Source: Terracidiphilus sp.
GTDB taxonomy: Bacteria > Acidobacteriota > Terriglobia > Terriglobales > Acidobacteriaceae
Direction of reading: 5' to 3'
Assembly (NCBI GenBank): GCA_049520675.1
Contig: JBEKPO010000002.1
Location: forward strand, 23,116 to 87,115
Length of the DNA stretch: 64,000 nucleotides
Numbering within the stretch: position 1 is the first letter of the stretch; each line of letters starts with the position of its first letter. Shown here piece after piece: positions 19,914 to 29,397 of this stretch. Made by a program: the position numbers and the translations under genes. Under the pieces are notes generated by a model, which was given only the letters and a program-made list of their open reading frames with translations, was not told the origin of the DNA and ran no database searches.

Positions 19914-20816
19914 ATGACTCTGCAGTTTACGACTGTGATCGCCGGATTGATGGGGTTGGCGGCCGGCAGTTTTCTCAATGTATGCGTGAGCCGATGGCCC
20001 GATGACAAAAGCGTCATCAAACCGGCGTCGCATTGTCCCAGTTGCAAACGGCCGCTCAAGTGGTGGGAGAATATTCCCCTGCTGAGCTGGTTGGCGCTGC
20101 GTGGGAGGTGTCGAACCTGCCGCGCCTGGATCGGCTGGCGGCATCCTATTATCGAGTTGGCTGTGGGAGGATTGTGGGCGTTCACGGCGTGGCAGACTCT
20201 GGCGTCGACAGACCAGGGGACATTTGCCACGCTTTCTTACACGGCCATCCTCAATGGCATCGCGCTCATGATCTTTGAGTGGCTGCTCGTGGGGCTGGCA
20301 GCCTTCGACGCCGAATGTCTTTGGCTGCCGGACCGCCTGATTATTCCCGGCATCTTCCTCGGGCTCTTCCTGAGTGTCGCGCGCCCGGCGCTCGACACTT
20401 ACTACGTCAGCGGCGATTATGCGGATTGGCAGCATCGCACAGGCGTATCCATCGCGCGTTGGTTCCTGGGCATAGTGATCGCGGCCGGATTAATGCTGGC
20501 GATCCGGTATCTGTACAGAATGATTCGCGGTAGGGACGGAATGGGTGCCGGCGACGTGAAGCTGATGGCGATGCTCGGCGGATGGCTGGGAGCGTCCGAT
20601 CTGAAGCTCGCGCTTCTCGCCTTCGTCATCGGCATCGTGACTGCCGCGGCTTATGCGCTGATACTGGTTGCCAGCCCGGCGATGCGCGGCGGTAGCAAAT
20701 CGTGGCTGGAGGAGAAGCTGCCGTTTGGAACATTTCTTTCCCTGGGCGGAATCGTGAGCGGACTTTGGGGCGTGCCGATCGTTACGGCCTATATGACCTG
20801 GGCGGGATCGCAGTAG
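19914..20816 (+). CDS. pilD: Prepilin peptidase / N-methyltransferase (A24)
   Basis: GSFLNV, two CxxC motifs, LPD, GMGAGDVKL, PFGTFL. Confidence 0.9.
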   Translation: MTLQFTTVIAGLMGLAAGSFLNVCVSRWPDDKSVIKPASHCPSCKRPLKWWENIPLLSWLALRGRCRTCRAWIGWRHPIIELAVGGLWAFTAWQTLASTDQGTFATLSYTAILNGIALMIFEWLLVGLAAFDAECLWLPDRLIIPGIFLGLFLSVARPALDTYYVSGDYADWQHRTGVSIARWFLGIVIAAGLMLAIRYLYRMIRGRDGMGAGDVKLMAMLGGWLGASDLKLALLAFVIGIVTAAAYALILVASPAMRGGSKSWLEEKLPFGTFLSLGGIVSGLWGVPIVTAYMTWAGSQ

Positions 20817-20852
20817 GGCACACCGGGCGCCGGGCAGTACTGCTGATTGGCA

Positions 20853-21593
20853 CTATTGGGGCGTTGGGGCAGATGGCTGCGAAGACCCATTCGGCTGGGC
20901 TGAGGCTTTGGCGTTGGTAATTTCAGGGTCTTTGAGGGCTTTGCGCGCGTCTTTTCCGTGCCGGCTGTCGGGATCGTAATCCACCACCTTCTGGTAGTTC
21001 GCGCGCGCCTCGGCAAAGTTGCCTAGATGGCGCTGGCTCTCGGCCAATCCCCAGTACACATCGGGATTATCGGGATCCAGGACGAGCGCCGATTCAAAGC
21101 GCGAGAGAGCTGCCTTCCAGGCCTTGTTGTCGAGATAATACTTGCCCACGTTCTCATCCTCAGCTGCGGACTCCTTGTGCTCAGGCTCGATTGCCGTGCC
21201 TTTTTTGCTGTGCCTGCCGGGCTGCGGGGTTTGCGTATCGTCATCCGGACCGGGCAACAGGTTGCCCATGCCCGAAAGACTGGAGCTGGAACTGGATTCG
21301 CCGGCCTCTGCCGCCACGCCTGCTTGTTCGGGGCTGCGAACCGGATCAGAGTCTTCTTCGGGAAGATAAAGTCTCTGCCTCGCTTCATCGCCAGACGGCG
21401 GCAAGTTGGGGTTGTCTCGCGAAGGCATCAACGGGACCGAATTCGTATCTTCAGGGAAGGGATTCTGATTGTTTTGTTGCTGCGTTCGGTCGGGATTGGC
21501 AGGTGGAGCGCTCGGTTGGCTCTGGCCATGGAGGCGCGGCGCGACCGCGAGATAACATCCCAGGAAAAGTGCGAGATTGGCGACTCGCTTCAT
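20853..21593 (-). CDS. Secreted tetratricopeptide repeat protein
   Basis: Signal peptide, P/S-rich linker, TPR helices. Confidence 0.8.
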   Translation of the reverse strand: MKRVANLALFLGCYLAVAPRLHGQSQPSAPPANPDRTQQQNNQNPFPEDTNSVPLMPSRDNPNLPPSGDEARQRLYLPEEDSDPVRSPEQAGVAAEAGESSSSSSLSGMGNLLPGPDDDTQTPQPGRHSKKGTAIEPEHKESAAEDENVGKYYLDNKAWKAALSRFESALVLDPDNPDVYWGLAESQRHLGNFAEARANYQKVVDYDPDSRHGKDARKALKDPEITNAKASAQPNGSSQPSAPTPQ

Positions 21594-21912
21594 AAGAAAA
21601 GCATCTCGAGTGCTCGGCCCAGACTCTCGGGCGACGAACTGCTCTGTGCGGCGCCTAACGACGCCCTAAGGAAAGCATCGCACATTTCGGGGCGCGATTT
21701 CACCCGCGCGACGCGCGCTGCAGAACCAAGGTCCGTTTTTAATTAGACTTCGTCGAGAAGCGTACGTTGCGGTCCGCAGCCCCAGCAAGAAGCCTCCGAC
21801 AGAGCTGCTGCTTGCGCTTCGCTTTTCCACCCGGCGCTTCCCCGCCCCGGAACGATAGAATCACCCAGAGGCTCGCCATTTTTCTCGGCGGCAACGAGGG
21901 TGTGTTAGTCGC

Positions 21913-23754
21913 ATGGGTTACCAGGTTCTGGCGCGAAAATACCGCCCGCAGCGTTTTGCCGACGTGGCCGGCCAGGACCATGTAACGCGCACCCTGCTCA
22001 ACGCGCTGAGCCAGAACCGGATCGCGCACGGGTATATTTTTTCGGGCCATCGCGGCATAGGCAAGACAACGATTGCCCGCATCCTGGCCATGGCGCTCAA
22101 TTGCCGGTACCAGGTCGGATCGGCTCAGCGGCCCACGCATGAACCCTGCGGCGTGTGCGAGGCGTGCACGGAGATTCGCCAGGGCAATGCCGTCGACGTG
22201 ATCGAGATCGACGCAGCCACCAACCGCGGTATCGATGAGATTCGCGAACTGCGCGATGCGGCGCGCTATTCGCCGGCACGCGATCGCTACAAGATTTACA
22301 TCCTTGACGAGGCGCACCAGATTACCGAGGCTGCCTTCAACGCGCTGTTGAAGACGCTCGAGGAACCGCCGGCCCACGTCATCTTCATGATGGCGACGAC
22401 AGAGCCCGAAAATATTCCCCAGACCATCCGCTCGCGCTGCCAGCACTTCAGTTTCCATGCCGTAAAATTTGACGACATTCTCGCCCAGCTGACAACGATT
22501 GCCCAGGCAGAGGAGGTTACGGCAGAAGCGGGGGCGCTGGCGTTGCTGGCCGAGGCCGGCGACGGATCGATGCGCGATGCGCTGTCAATCATGGACCAGG
22601 CGATCGCCTCTGCGCCAATGGAAGCAGGCCGGCCCGTCGTCGCGGCGGCGCAAGTCCGGGAATTGATGGGCTCGGTGCCGAATACAGTCTGCGAAAAGCT
22701 GCTCGAGGCCGTGGCTGCTGGTCAGAGCGCCGAGCTGATGGAACAGTTGAATGGGCTTCTGAACGCAGGTCACAGCGCACTGGCGTTGGCCCGGCAACTG
22801 GCGCGCTATTTGCGCAATTCTCTGATGGCGAAGCTGGGCGGCGAGCAGACCGATTTACTGCAGATTTCTTCGGATGAGCGCGCCCGGGCGGCGCGCACTG
22901 CGCTGCTCTTCACCGAGGAGGAGCTGACACGGAATCTGCAGATTGTGCTCCGGACCTTTGACGATTTGAACTACCGGCAGGAGCAGCGCTTCCACTTGGA
23001 GTTGGGACTGCTCAAGCTGATTCACGCGCAGCGGCTGCTGCCGATCGAGGAACTGCTGAGCGGCACGGTAAGCGGGACGGGTTCGCGCGGGCCGGCTCCG
23101 GGCCAAGCACCGAAATTCGCTGCAAGCCCCACGCCAAAACCCCTGGCGGGCGGCTCGGGTCCGGTTGGTGTATCAGCTTCGATGAGCGCGGGCTTTTCGC
23201 GAGCGGCGATTGGATTTGGCTCGGTTGCCGAGGTAGCGCCACGCGCGACCGTGTTGCCCGCCGCTGGCCATTCGGCGGCGCCAGAGTCTTCAGCTGTGAC
23301 TGATCAGACACCTTTCGGCGAATCGGCCACCCCCATTGAATCGCTCGCGCCCGCCGCATCGACAAACGGAGCAGGCGCTGAACATGTACGGAAGGCAATC
23401 GTCGCTGCGCTCGCCACAGCCGGCCATAGCTCCGCTGCGCAACTGCTGGGCGCCGGGGAATGGAAGGTCGATGGAACCGGAGTGCGCGTGACCGCACCCG
23501 GATTGGGCAAGAAGATGCTCAGCCTGACGGTGAATAGTGCGGCGGAGAAGATTATCCGGCAGGAGCTGCAGCGGCTGGGCGCGCCGTCGCGGTTTATGGT
23601 AACTGCCGGCGCCGGAATTGCCCCGGCCACGGTTTTAACATCTCCCGCTGTCGGTAGCGTGCAGGAGGAGGCTCTGGCGCATCCATTAGTAAAGCGGGCC
23701 CAGGAGATCTTCAAGGCCGAGGTACGCAGCGTGGTGGATTTGCGCCAGAAGTGA
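21913..23754 (+). CDS. dnaX: DNA polymerase III subunit gamma/tau
   Basis: YQVLARKYRP, GHRGIGKTT, DEAH, NALLKTLEEPP, SRC. Confidence 0.97.
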   Translation: MGYQVLARKYRPQRFADVAGQDHVTRTLLNALSQNRIAHGYIFSGHRGIGKTTIARILAMALNCRYQVGSAQRPTHEPCGVCEACTEIRQGNAVDVIEIDAATNRGIDEIRELRDAARYSPARDRYKIYILDEAHQITEAAFNALLKTLEEPPAHVIFMMATTEPENIPQTIRSRCQHFSFHAVKFDDILAQLTTIAQAEEVTAEAGALALLAEAGDGSMRDALSIMDQAIASAPMEAGRPVVAAAQVRELMGSVPNTVCEKLLEAVAAGQSAELMEQLNGLLNAGHSALALARQLARYLRNSLMAKLGGEQTDLLQISSDERARAARTALLFTEEELTRNLQIVLRTFDDLNYRQEQRFHLELGLLKLIHAQRLLPIEELLSGTVSGTGSRGPAPGQAPKFAASPTPKPLAGGSGPVGVSASMSAGFSRAAIGFGSVAEVAPRATVLPAAGHSAAPESSAVTDQTPFGESATPIESLAPAASTNGAGAEHVRKAIVAALATAGHSSAAQLLGAGEWKVDGTGVRVTAPGLGKKMLSLTVNSAAEKIIRQELQRLGAPSRFMVTAGAGIAPATVLTSPAVGSVQEEALAHPLVKRAQEIFKAEVRSVVDLRQK

Positions 23755-23760
23755 CGAAGA

Positions 23761-23795
23761 CAGCTATCATCTTTTAGCTATCAGCTTCCGGCTTT
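23761..23795. repeat. Degenerate 7-bp tandem repeat
   Basis: CAGCTAT CATCTTT TAGCTAT CAGCTTC CGGCTTT. Confidence 0.55.
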
Positions 23796-23888
23796 GCCGT
23801 GCTGAAGAGAGGTTCGACAGCAAAGCGAAGCAAGATTTGCCAGTTACCCAAAAGACGTTAGGGGATCGAGACCAAGGGAGTGCACACG

Positions 23889-24215
23889 ATGATCAATCCG
23901 CTGAAGATCGGGGAGATGCTTTCGCAGGCAGGCCAGCTTCAGGAAGAGATGCAGCGCAAACTAAGCGAGACGGTGGTCGAGGGGTCGAGCGGGGGTGGTG
24001 CAGTGACCGCAACCTTGAACGGCAAGAAGGAGCTGCTGAAGCTGCGCATCGATCCTTCGGCGGTGACGAGCCTGACCGGCGGCCAGGCGGATGTGGAAAT
24101 GCTTCAGGATTTAATCGTGGGTGCAGTCAACGAGGCGGGGCGCAAGGCTGACGAGGCGATCAAGTCGAATGTGCAGGGAATGTTGGGCGGCCTGAAGATT
24201 CCGGGATTGAGCTAG
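23889..24215 (+). CDS. ybaB: YbaB/EbfC nucleoid-associated protein
   Basis: GSSGGGAV, DVEMLQDLI; dnaX-ybaB-recR synteny. Confidence 0.93.
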   Translation: MINPLKIGEMLSQAGQLQEEMQRKLSETVVEGSSGGGAVTATLNGKKELLKLRIDPSAVTSLTGGQADVEMLQDLIVGAVNEAGRKADEAIKSNVQGMLGGLKIPGLS

Positions 24216-24250
24216 TGCCTCGATCTGGATGATCGCAACACAAATTACTG

Positions 24251-24296
24251 GTCATCCTGAGCGAGTTCGCGCTGCGAACGAGTCGAAGGACCTGCA
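24251..24296. repeat. Intergenic REP-like element (GTCATCCTGAGCG...CGAAGGACCT type)
   Basis: GTCATCCTGAGCGAG, internal hairpin GTTCGC-gct-GCGAAC, then GAGTCGAAGGACCTGC. Confidence 0.65.
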
Positions 24297-24356
24297 TTTT
24301 GCGCTCTTAACTCTTGTGATGAACTTCGGGGATGCAATTATAAGGAGGCATCAGCA

Positions 24357-24956
24357 TTGGCGCGTTATGCCGAGCCGATGGCCCGGCTCATTGAGGAATT
24401 GAAGAAGCTGCCCGGCGTGGGCGCCAAGAGCGCGCAGCGCTACGCCTTCCATATTCTGCGTGCCAGCGACGAAGATGCCGCCGCGCTGGCTGATGCGGTA
24501 CGCGGCCTGAAGGCCAGCCTGCGTCTTTGCTCCATTTGCAACAACGTCACCGATATCGATCCCTGCGCTTATTGTGCCAGCCCCACGCGCAATCAGCGCC
24601 TGGTGTGCGTGGTGGAAGAAGCCACCAACATCGCCACCGTGGAGCGTACGCAAGCCTACCAGGGCGTCTATCACGTGCTTCATGGCACGCTTTCGCCGCT
24701 GCACGGTGTTGGACCCGACCAATTGCGCGCAGGATCGTTGATCGCCCGCGTCGAGCATGGCGAGGTTGACGAGGTGATCGTGGCGACAAGTCCCACGCTC
24801 GAGGGCGAGGCCACGGCCGACTGGCTCGCCAACGCGTTGCGCGGATTTGCGGTCAGGATTACACGGATTGCGACAGGCGTTCCGGCAGGCAGCGACATTG
24901 AATACGCGGATGAAGTGACGATGGCGCGCGCGATCGAAGGCCGGCGCGAGGTCTAG
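24357..24956 (+). CDS. recR: Recombination mediator RecR
   Basis: LPGVGAKSAQR, C4 zinc finger, Toprim EGEATA, YADEVT. Confidence 0.96.
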   Translation: MARYAEPMARLIEELKKLPGVGAKSAQRYAFHILRASDEDAAALADAVRGLKASLRLCSICNNVTDIDPCAYCASPTRNQRLVCVVEEATNIATVERTQAYQGVYHVLHGTLSPLHGVGPDQLRAGSLIARVEHGEVDEVIVATSPTLEGEATADWLANALRGFAVRITRIATGVPAGSDIEYADEVTMARAIEGRREV

Positions 24957-25001
24957 TGCGCCGGCCTGCAACTTGCACGATGGCAACGATCGGGGAAGTC
25001 T

Positions 25002-25319
25002 CTACTTCCCGTATTTCTTTGCCACTTTACCGATCGATGGCCCGGCCTTGGCAAAATCTTGAGGAGTCATGACCGGCCTGATTGAAACCTTGGCGTTGAA
25101 GGCCAGAAACCAAGGCTCAGCGATCGCTGGAATCTGTGATGTGTCCTTCATGTCGAAAATGACCGAGGCCGATCGCTGGCCGTTGTCGTCTGCAAAGAAA
25201 TAGACCGCTTCCGGCTTCAGATCGGCCAGTATTGCCTCAATTGTGGAACCCATGGTTCCGTCTTTGGCGGCGGCATTGCCGTTTTCCACTGGCATAGAGG
25301 CTCTGAGTAACATGCGCAT
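25002..25319 (-). CDS. Hypothetical protein (dimeric alpha-beta barrel / GYD-like)
   Basis: 105 aa; KPEAVYF, IPAIAEPWF; purine-rich RBS. Confidence 0.7.
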   Translation of the reverse strand: MRMLLRASMPVENGNAAAKDGTMGSTIEAILADLKPEAVYFFADDNGQRSASVIFDMKDTSQIPAIAEPWFLAFNAKVSIRPVMTPQDFAKAGPSIGKVAKKYGK

Positions 25320-25460
25320 ACTTCTTTCTCCTTTTTGTTTTTGGGGGAAGGTTTGTGTAAGACGCCAAGGTTCGGCGATGGAATTCGGCCGCGGTGAGGG
25401 GACACGGGCGTTCCGCGGCCATCTGCCGAATGCCGAACGCCCGTGTTCATCGGCGACAAG

Positions 25461-26261
25461 CTACTTGGTCGATGAGATGATATCCTGCGCCACAAAGATA
25501 TCGACATCGCCCTGATGGCGCAGCTTGTCGTATTGCTCAAATGTGGTGCCTAACTCCATATCCGGATGGACCTTTCTCCACAGCTCGTAGAAATTAGAGT
25601 CAGCGAAGATCGAATCCCAGGTGGGAAAGACATCCACCGTTACGGCATTGAACCCCACGTCGGTGCCGCCCGGGAAGACCCGCGCATTCAGCGACCAGCC
25701 GGATCGAGTGCCCTGCTTAGCCATGGCGTCGGCGAACGGCATCCAGGCCTTTTTCTCGAACGCGACGTAGTCTTCAATGTTCGCGGCCTTCATGTAGTTC
25801 ACGACGAAGTAATCGCCCTTTTTGAAGGTCCCGACATAGGCACGATTCTGGAACAGATCGTTTGAGATCAGGGTTGTCAGGGAATTGCGGCGATCGACGT
25901 ATTCCTGAGCCGTCATCGCGATCCCGGCTTTCTTCAAATCGGCCTCGAGTTCGTCCAGTTCCATGGGGTGCGGCGGAATCCCCGGATACATCGATACCAC
26001 GAGATAGTCGCACTCGGCCGATTCTCCCGAGGGTATGACGGATCTGAGGAGCATCCAGCTGGAAAACACCCCGCTGTCGACGCGAGATTGTGCCAGCTTG
26101 TGGACGTCGCCTGCAGCCCATTTGCGAAATTCAGTGTTGTTTTCGGGCTTGACCTTTAGACAAGCCACGCTGTGATAGCCGGTTGGCGCCTGCTGAGCAG
26201 GCAGCATAGCAGAGAATGCCGCAGCGAGGGCGACACACAAAAAAAGACGGGGAATTCTCAC
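25461..26261 (-). CDS. Secreted hypothetical protein with two internal repeat domains
   Basis: Signal peptide; halves share W-x-L...P-x-G pattern; GAGGAGG RBS. Confidence 0.75.
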   Translation of the reverse strand: MRIPRLFLCVALAAAFSAMLPAQQAPTGYHSVACLKVKPENNTEFRKWAAGDVHKLAQSRVDSGVFSSWMLLRSVIPSGESAECDYLVVSMYPGIPPHPMELDELEADLKKAGIAMTAQEYVDRRNSLTTLISNDLFQNRAYVGTFKKGDYFVVNYMKAANIEDYVAFEKKAWMPFADAMAKQGTRSGWSLNARVFPGGTDVGFNAVTVDVFPTWDSIFADSNFYELWRKVHPDMELGTTFEQYDKLRHQGDVDIFVAQDIISSTK

Positions 26262-26295
26262 GAGAACCTCCTCTGGCTTGGGCTCTCCGGGCTGG

Positions 26296-26325
26296 TTGAA
26301 CGTGAATCCAGCGGTTCCAGTTTCA
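26296..26325 (-). promoter_or_regulatory. Possible ECF-sigma promoter
   Basis: TGAAAC-N17-CGTT upstream of the 266-aa secreted protein. Confidence 0.3.
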
Positions 26326-26525
26326 GAGGGCGGTTGGGGAAAGGGGAAAACTTGCAGGGGCGATTACTCTAAATCGCGCCCCCAACAGACCATACTCTTA
26401 ATCCGGCGACCCTGCAAGACGCTGGGTACTCCCCTTAAGACCAGGCAAGCGCAGCGAGTTAGAGGCTTCCTTCTTACTGCATAGTGCGCGTACCCGGCAA
26501 GAGGCCATGGACTCTTCTCGAATGC

Positions 26526-26561
26526 AACAGAAATGCGGGGGAGCTGGTTAGCTCATCCCGC
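26526..26561 (-). terminator. Probable intrinsic terminator after kdpC
   Basis: Hairpin GCGGG..GAGCT-aacc-AGCTC..CCCGC followed by ATTTCTGTT. Confidence 0.5.
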
Positions 26562-26595
26562 TGAGAAGAGGCTCGGGGAGCCGCGTTGCTAAGAA

Positions 26596-27243
26596 CTATT
26601 TCGATATCTGGTCAAGGGCGAGATTCAGTTCCAGCACGTTGACGCGGGGCTCGCCGAGAACGCCGAGTTGGCGTGGCGCGGTGTGATCGGCGATCAGTTC
26701 GCGAAGGCGATCCGGGTCGATGCCGCGCGACTGAGCGACGCGAGGAACCTGGTAATTCGCGTTGTCGGGCGTAATATCGGGATCGAGACCCGAGCCTGAT
26801 GTCGTCACCATATCGATCGGCACAGGCTTGCCTGGATTCGCAGCGGCCAGCTTGTCAATATCGGCCTGCATCCGCTGCGCGAGCTTGGCGTTTGACTGCG
26901 CCAGGTTCGACCCGCCGGAAGATGTGGCATCGTAGCCATTGCCTGCGGCAGAGGGCCGGGGATGGAAATAACGGTCCGAGGTAAAGCTCTGCGCAATAAG
27001 TTCTGAACCGACGACCTGACCATTCTGCAAAATCAGACTGCCGGCGGCTTTGTGAGGGAAGATTAGGCCAGCCAGGCCGGTGAGAAGCAGCGGATAGCCC
27101 AGGCCGAAGATCACCGCTGTCACAAGAGTGAACAGGATGGAGGTTTTCCAAACCGAGTGCACAGCAGGAGGTTCCTGCGCATGAGCCACGTGCAATCCCG
27201 CATGGCCTGCAGGCTCTTCATGAATGGTTGATACCGAATGCAC
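26596..27243 (-). CDS. kdpC: Potassium-transporting ATPase subunit C
   Basis: GSELIAQ, YFHPRPSA, SGSGLDPDI, GEPRVNVLELN; GTG 27243 spaced from AGGAG. Confidence 0.95.
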   Translation of the reverse strand: MHSVSTIHEEPAGHAGLHVAHAQEPPAVHSVWKTSILFTLVTAVIFGLGYPLLLTGLAGLIFPHKAAGSLILQNGQVVGSELIAQSFTSDRYFHPRPSAAGNGYDATSSGGSNLAQSNAKLAQRMQADIDKLAAANPGKPVPIDMVTTSGSGLDPDITPDNANYQVPRVAQSRGIDPDRLRELIADHTAPRQLGVLGEPRVNVLELNLALDQISK

Positions 27244-27306
27244 TTTCAATCTCCTTCAAGATACCAGTCTTGGCCCTCAGCCCTTGGCGCAGAGCAACTA
27301 CATCCT

Positions 27307-29346
27307 TCAGGCCTTGGCCAAATGCAGCCACACCAGACACCAATCGATAGCCCAGATGCCGACGAACGGGATGATGATGCCGCCCACGCCGTAAATCAGC
27401 AGATTATTGCGCAGCAGCACGTCGGCCGACTTGGGCTCGTACTTCACGCCTTTCAAAGCCAGTGGGATCAGCGCCACGATAATCAACGCGTTGAAAATTA
27501 CCGCCGACAAAATCGCCGACTGCGGCGAATGCAGGTGCATGATGTTGAGCGCACCGAGAACCGGAAAAACCCCGGCAAACATGGCAGGAATGATGGCAAA
27601 ATACTTGGCCACGTCGTTGGCGATGGAAAAAGTGGTAAGCGCGCCGCGCGTCATGAGCAGTTGCTTGCCGATCTCTACAATTTCAATCAGCTTGGTCGGG
27701 TTCGAGTCCAGATCGACCATGTTGCCGGCTTCCTTGGCGGCCTGCGTGCCGGAGTTCATGGCGACGCCCACATCGGCCTGCGCCAGGGCGGGCGCATCGT
27801 TGGTGCCGTCTCCGGTCATTGCCACCAGCTTGCCTTTTCCCTGCTCGCGCTTGATCAGGTCCATCTTGTCTTTCGGCTTGGCCTCGGCCAGGAAGTCGTC
27901 GACGCCGGCTTCGCGCGCGATGACGGCCGCGGTCAGCGGATTGTCGCCGGTGATCATGATGGTGCGAATGCCCATGGCGCGAAGTCGCGCAAGGCGCTCC
28001 TTCAGGCCGCCTTTGACCACGTCTTTGAGGTAAATCACGCCGAGTGCCGACGAGTTTTCGGCCACAACTAAAGGCGTGCCGCCCATGCGGGCGATCTCTT
28101 CCACGTTCTCGCGGACTTTTTGAGGAAGCGATGCGCCCTGCTCCTCGAGAAAACGCGCAATTGCATCAACCGAGCCCTTGCGGATACGCGTTCCGGGAAG
28201 GTTGACGCCGCTCATGCGGGTTTGCGCGGTGAAAGGGACGAACTCGGCGTGAATGCCGCCCAGATCGCGACCACGCAGGTTGTATTTTTCCTTGGCGAGC
28301 ACCACGATCGACCGGCCTTCGGGAGTTTCATCGGAAAGAGACGCAAGCTGGGCAGCGTTGGCCAACCGTTCATGGCTCACGTCGGGAGCCGGCAGAAATT
28401 CGACTGCCTGGCGATTGCCCAGTGTGATGGTTCCGGTCTTATCGAGCAGCAGCGTATTCACGTCGCCAGCGGCTTCAACCGCGCGTCCGCTCATGGCCAG
28501 CACGTTGTACTGCACCAGGCGGTCCATGCCGGCGATGCCTATCGCCGAAAGCAGCCCTCCAATTGTGGTTGGGATGAGGCAGACAAGTAGCGACACCAGT
28601 ACGAAGACGGTTTGCGGCGCGCTGGAGTAGATGGCGAAGGGCTGCAGCGTGACCACGGCCAGAAGAAAAATAATCGTCAGACCCGACAGTAGAATGCTGA
28701 GCGCAATTTCGTTGGGCGTCTTCTGGCGCGTTGCGCCCTCAACCAGGGCGATCATGCGATCGAGAAAGGTTTCGCCGGGATTTGATGTGATCCTGACTTT
28801 GATCCAGTCCGACAACACCTTGGTGCCGCCGGTGACGGCTGAGCGGTCGCCGCCGGCTTCGCGGATCACAGGCGCCGACTCGCCCGTGATGGCCGACTCA
28901 TCGACCGAAGCCACGCCTTCGATCACTTCGCCGTCGCCCGCGATGTACTTGCCCGCTTCAACATAGATGATGTCGCCGGCGCGCAGTTCGCCGCTCACTG
29001 CGTCTTCGAAACTGCCGTCGGCCTTGTAGCGCTTGGCGATGGTTTCTCCCTTGGCCTTCCGCAGCGTGTCGGCCTGGGCTTTGCCGCGGCCCTCGGCCAT
29101 GGCCTCGGCAAAGTTCGCAAACAGCACTGTGAACCACAGCCAGAGAGTGATTTGCAGGTTGAAACCAAAGGCCGCACGGTGATAGGTGAAGTTGTGAAAG
29201 AGCAGGATAGAAGTGAGCACGCTGCCCACCTCCACAACGAACATCACCGGGTTCTTGACCATCCAGCGCGGGTCGAGCTTGCGAAGGCTGTCCACCGCCG
29301 CCTGGCCAATGATCTTTGTGTCCCAAATGCTTATCTTTTCTGCCAT
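27307..29346 (-). CDS. kdpB: Potassium-transporting ATPase subunit B
   Basis: [19 protein letters not shown]. Confidence 0.97.
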   Translation of the reverse strand: MAEKISIWDTKIIGQAAVDSLRKLDPRWMVKNPVMFVVEVGSVLTSILLFHNFTYHRAAFGFNLQITLWLWFTVLFANFAEAMAEGRGKAQADTLRKAKGETIAKRYKADGSFEDAVSGELRAGDIIYVEAGKYIAGDGEVIEGVASVDESAITGESAPVIREAGGDRSAVTGGTKVLSDWIKVRITSNPGETFLDRMIALVEGATRQKTPNEIALSILLSGLTIIFLLAVVTLQPFAIYSSAPQTVFVLVSLLVCLIPTTIGGLLSAIGIAGMDRLVQYNVLAMSGRAVEAAGDVNTLLLDKTGTITLGNRQAVEFLPAPDVSHERLANAAQLASLSDETPEGRSIVVLAKEKYNLRGRDLGGIHAEFVPFTAQTRMSGVNLPGTRIRKGSVDAIARFLEEQGASLPQKVRENVEEIARMGGTPLVVAENSSALGVIYLKDVVKGGLKERLARLRAMGIRTIMITGDNPLTAAVIAREAGVDDFLAEAKPKDKMDLIKREQGKGKLVAMTGDGTNDAPALAQADVGVAMNSGTQAAKEAGNMVDLDSNPTKLIEIVEIGKQLLMTRGALTTFSIANDVAKYFAIIPAMFAGVFPVLGALNIMHLHSPQSAILSAVIFNALIIVALIPLALKGVKYEPKSADVLLRNNLLIYGVGGIIIPFVGIWAIDWCLVWLHLAKA

Positions 29347-29357
29347 GAGACTTACAT

Positions 29358-29385
29358 CAGCTCCTAACTCCTAGCCTCCAGCTGT
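29358..29385. repeat. Degenerate 7-bp tandem repeat between kdpA and kdpB
   Basis: CAGCTCC TAACTCC TAGCCTC CAGCTGT. Confidence 0.45.
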
Positions 29386-29397
29386 TCGCACCGGAGG

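Noticed and set aside
21594-21912. SRP RNA (ffs) or tRNA upstream of dnaX
   Set aside because: No CAGG-GRAA-AGCAG SRP core or cloverleaf found on either strand
21913-23754. dnaX programmed frameshift site
   Set aside because: No A AAA AAG or long A run seen after domain III
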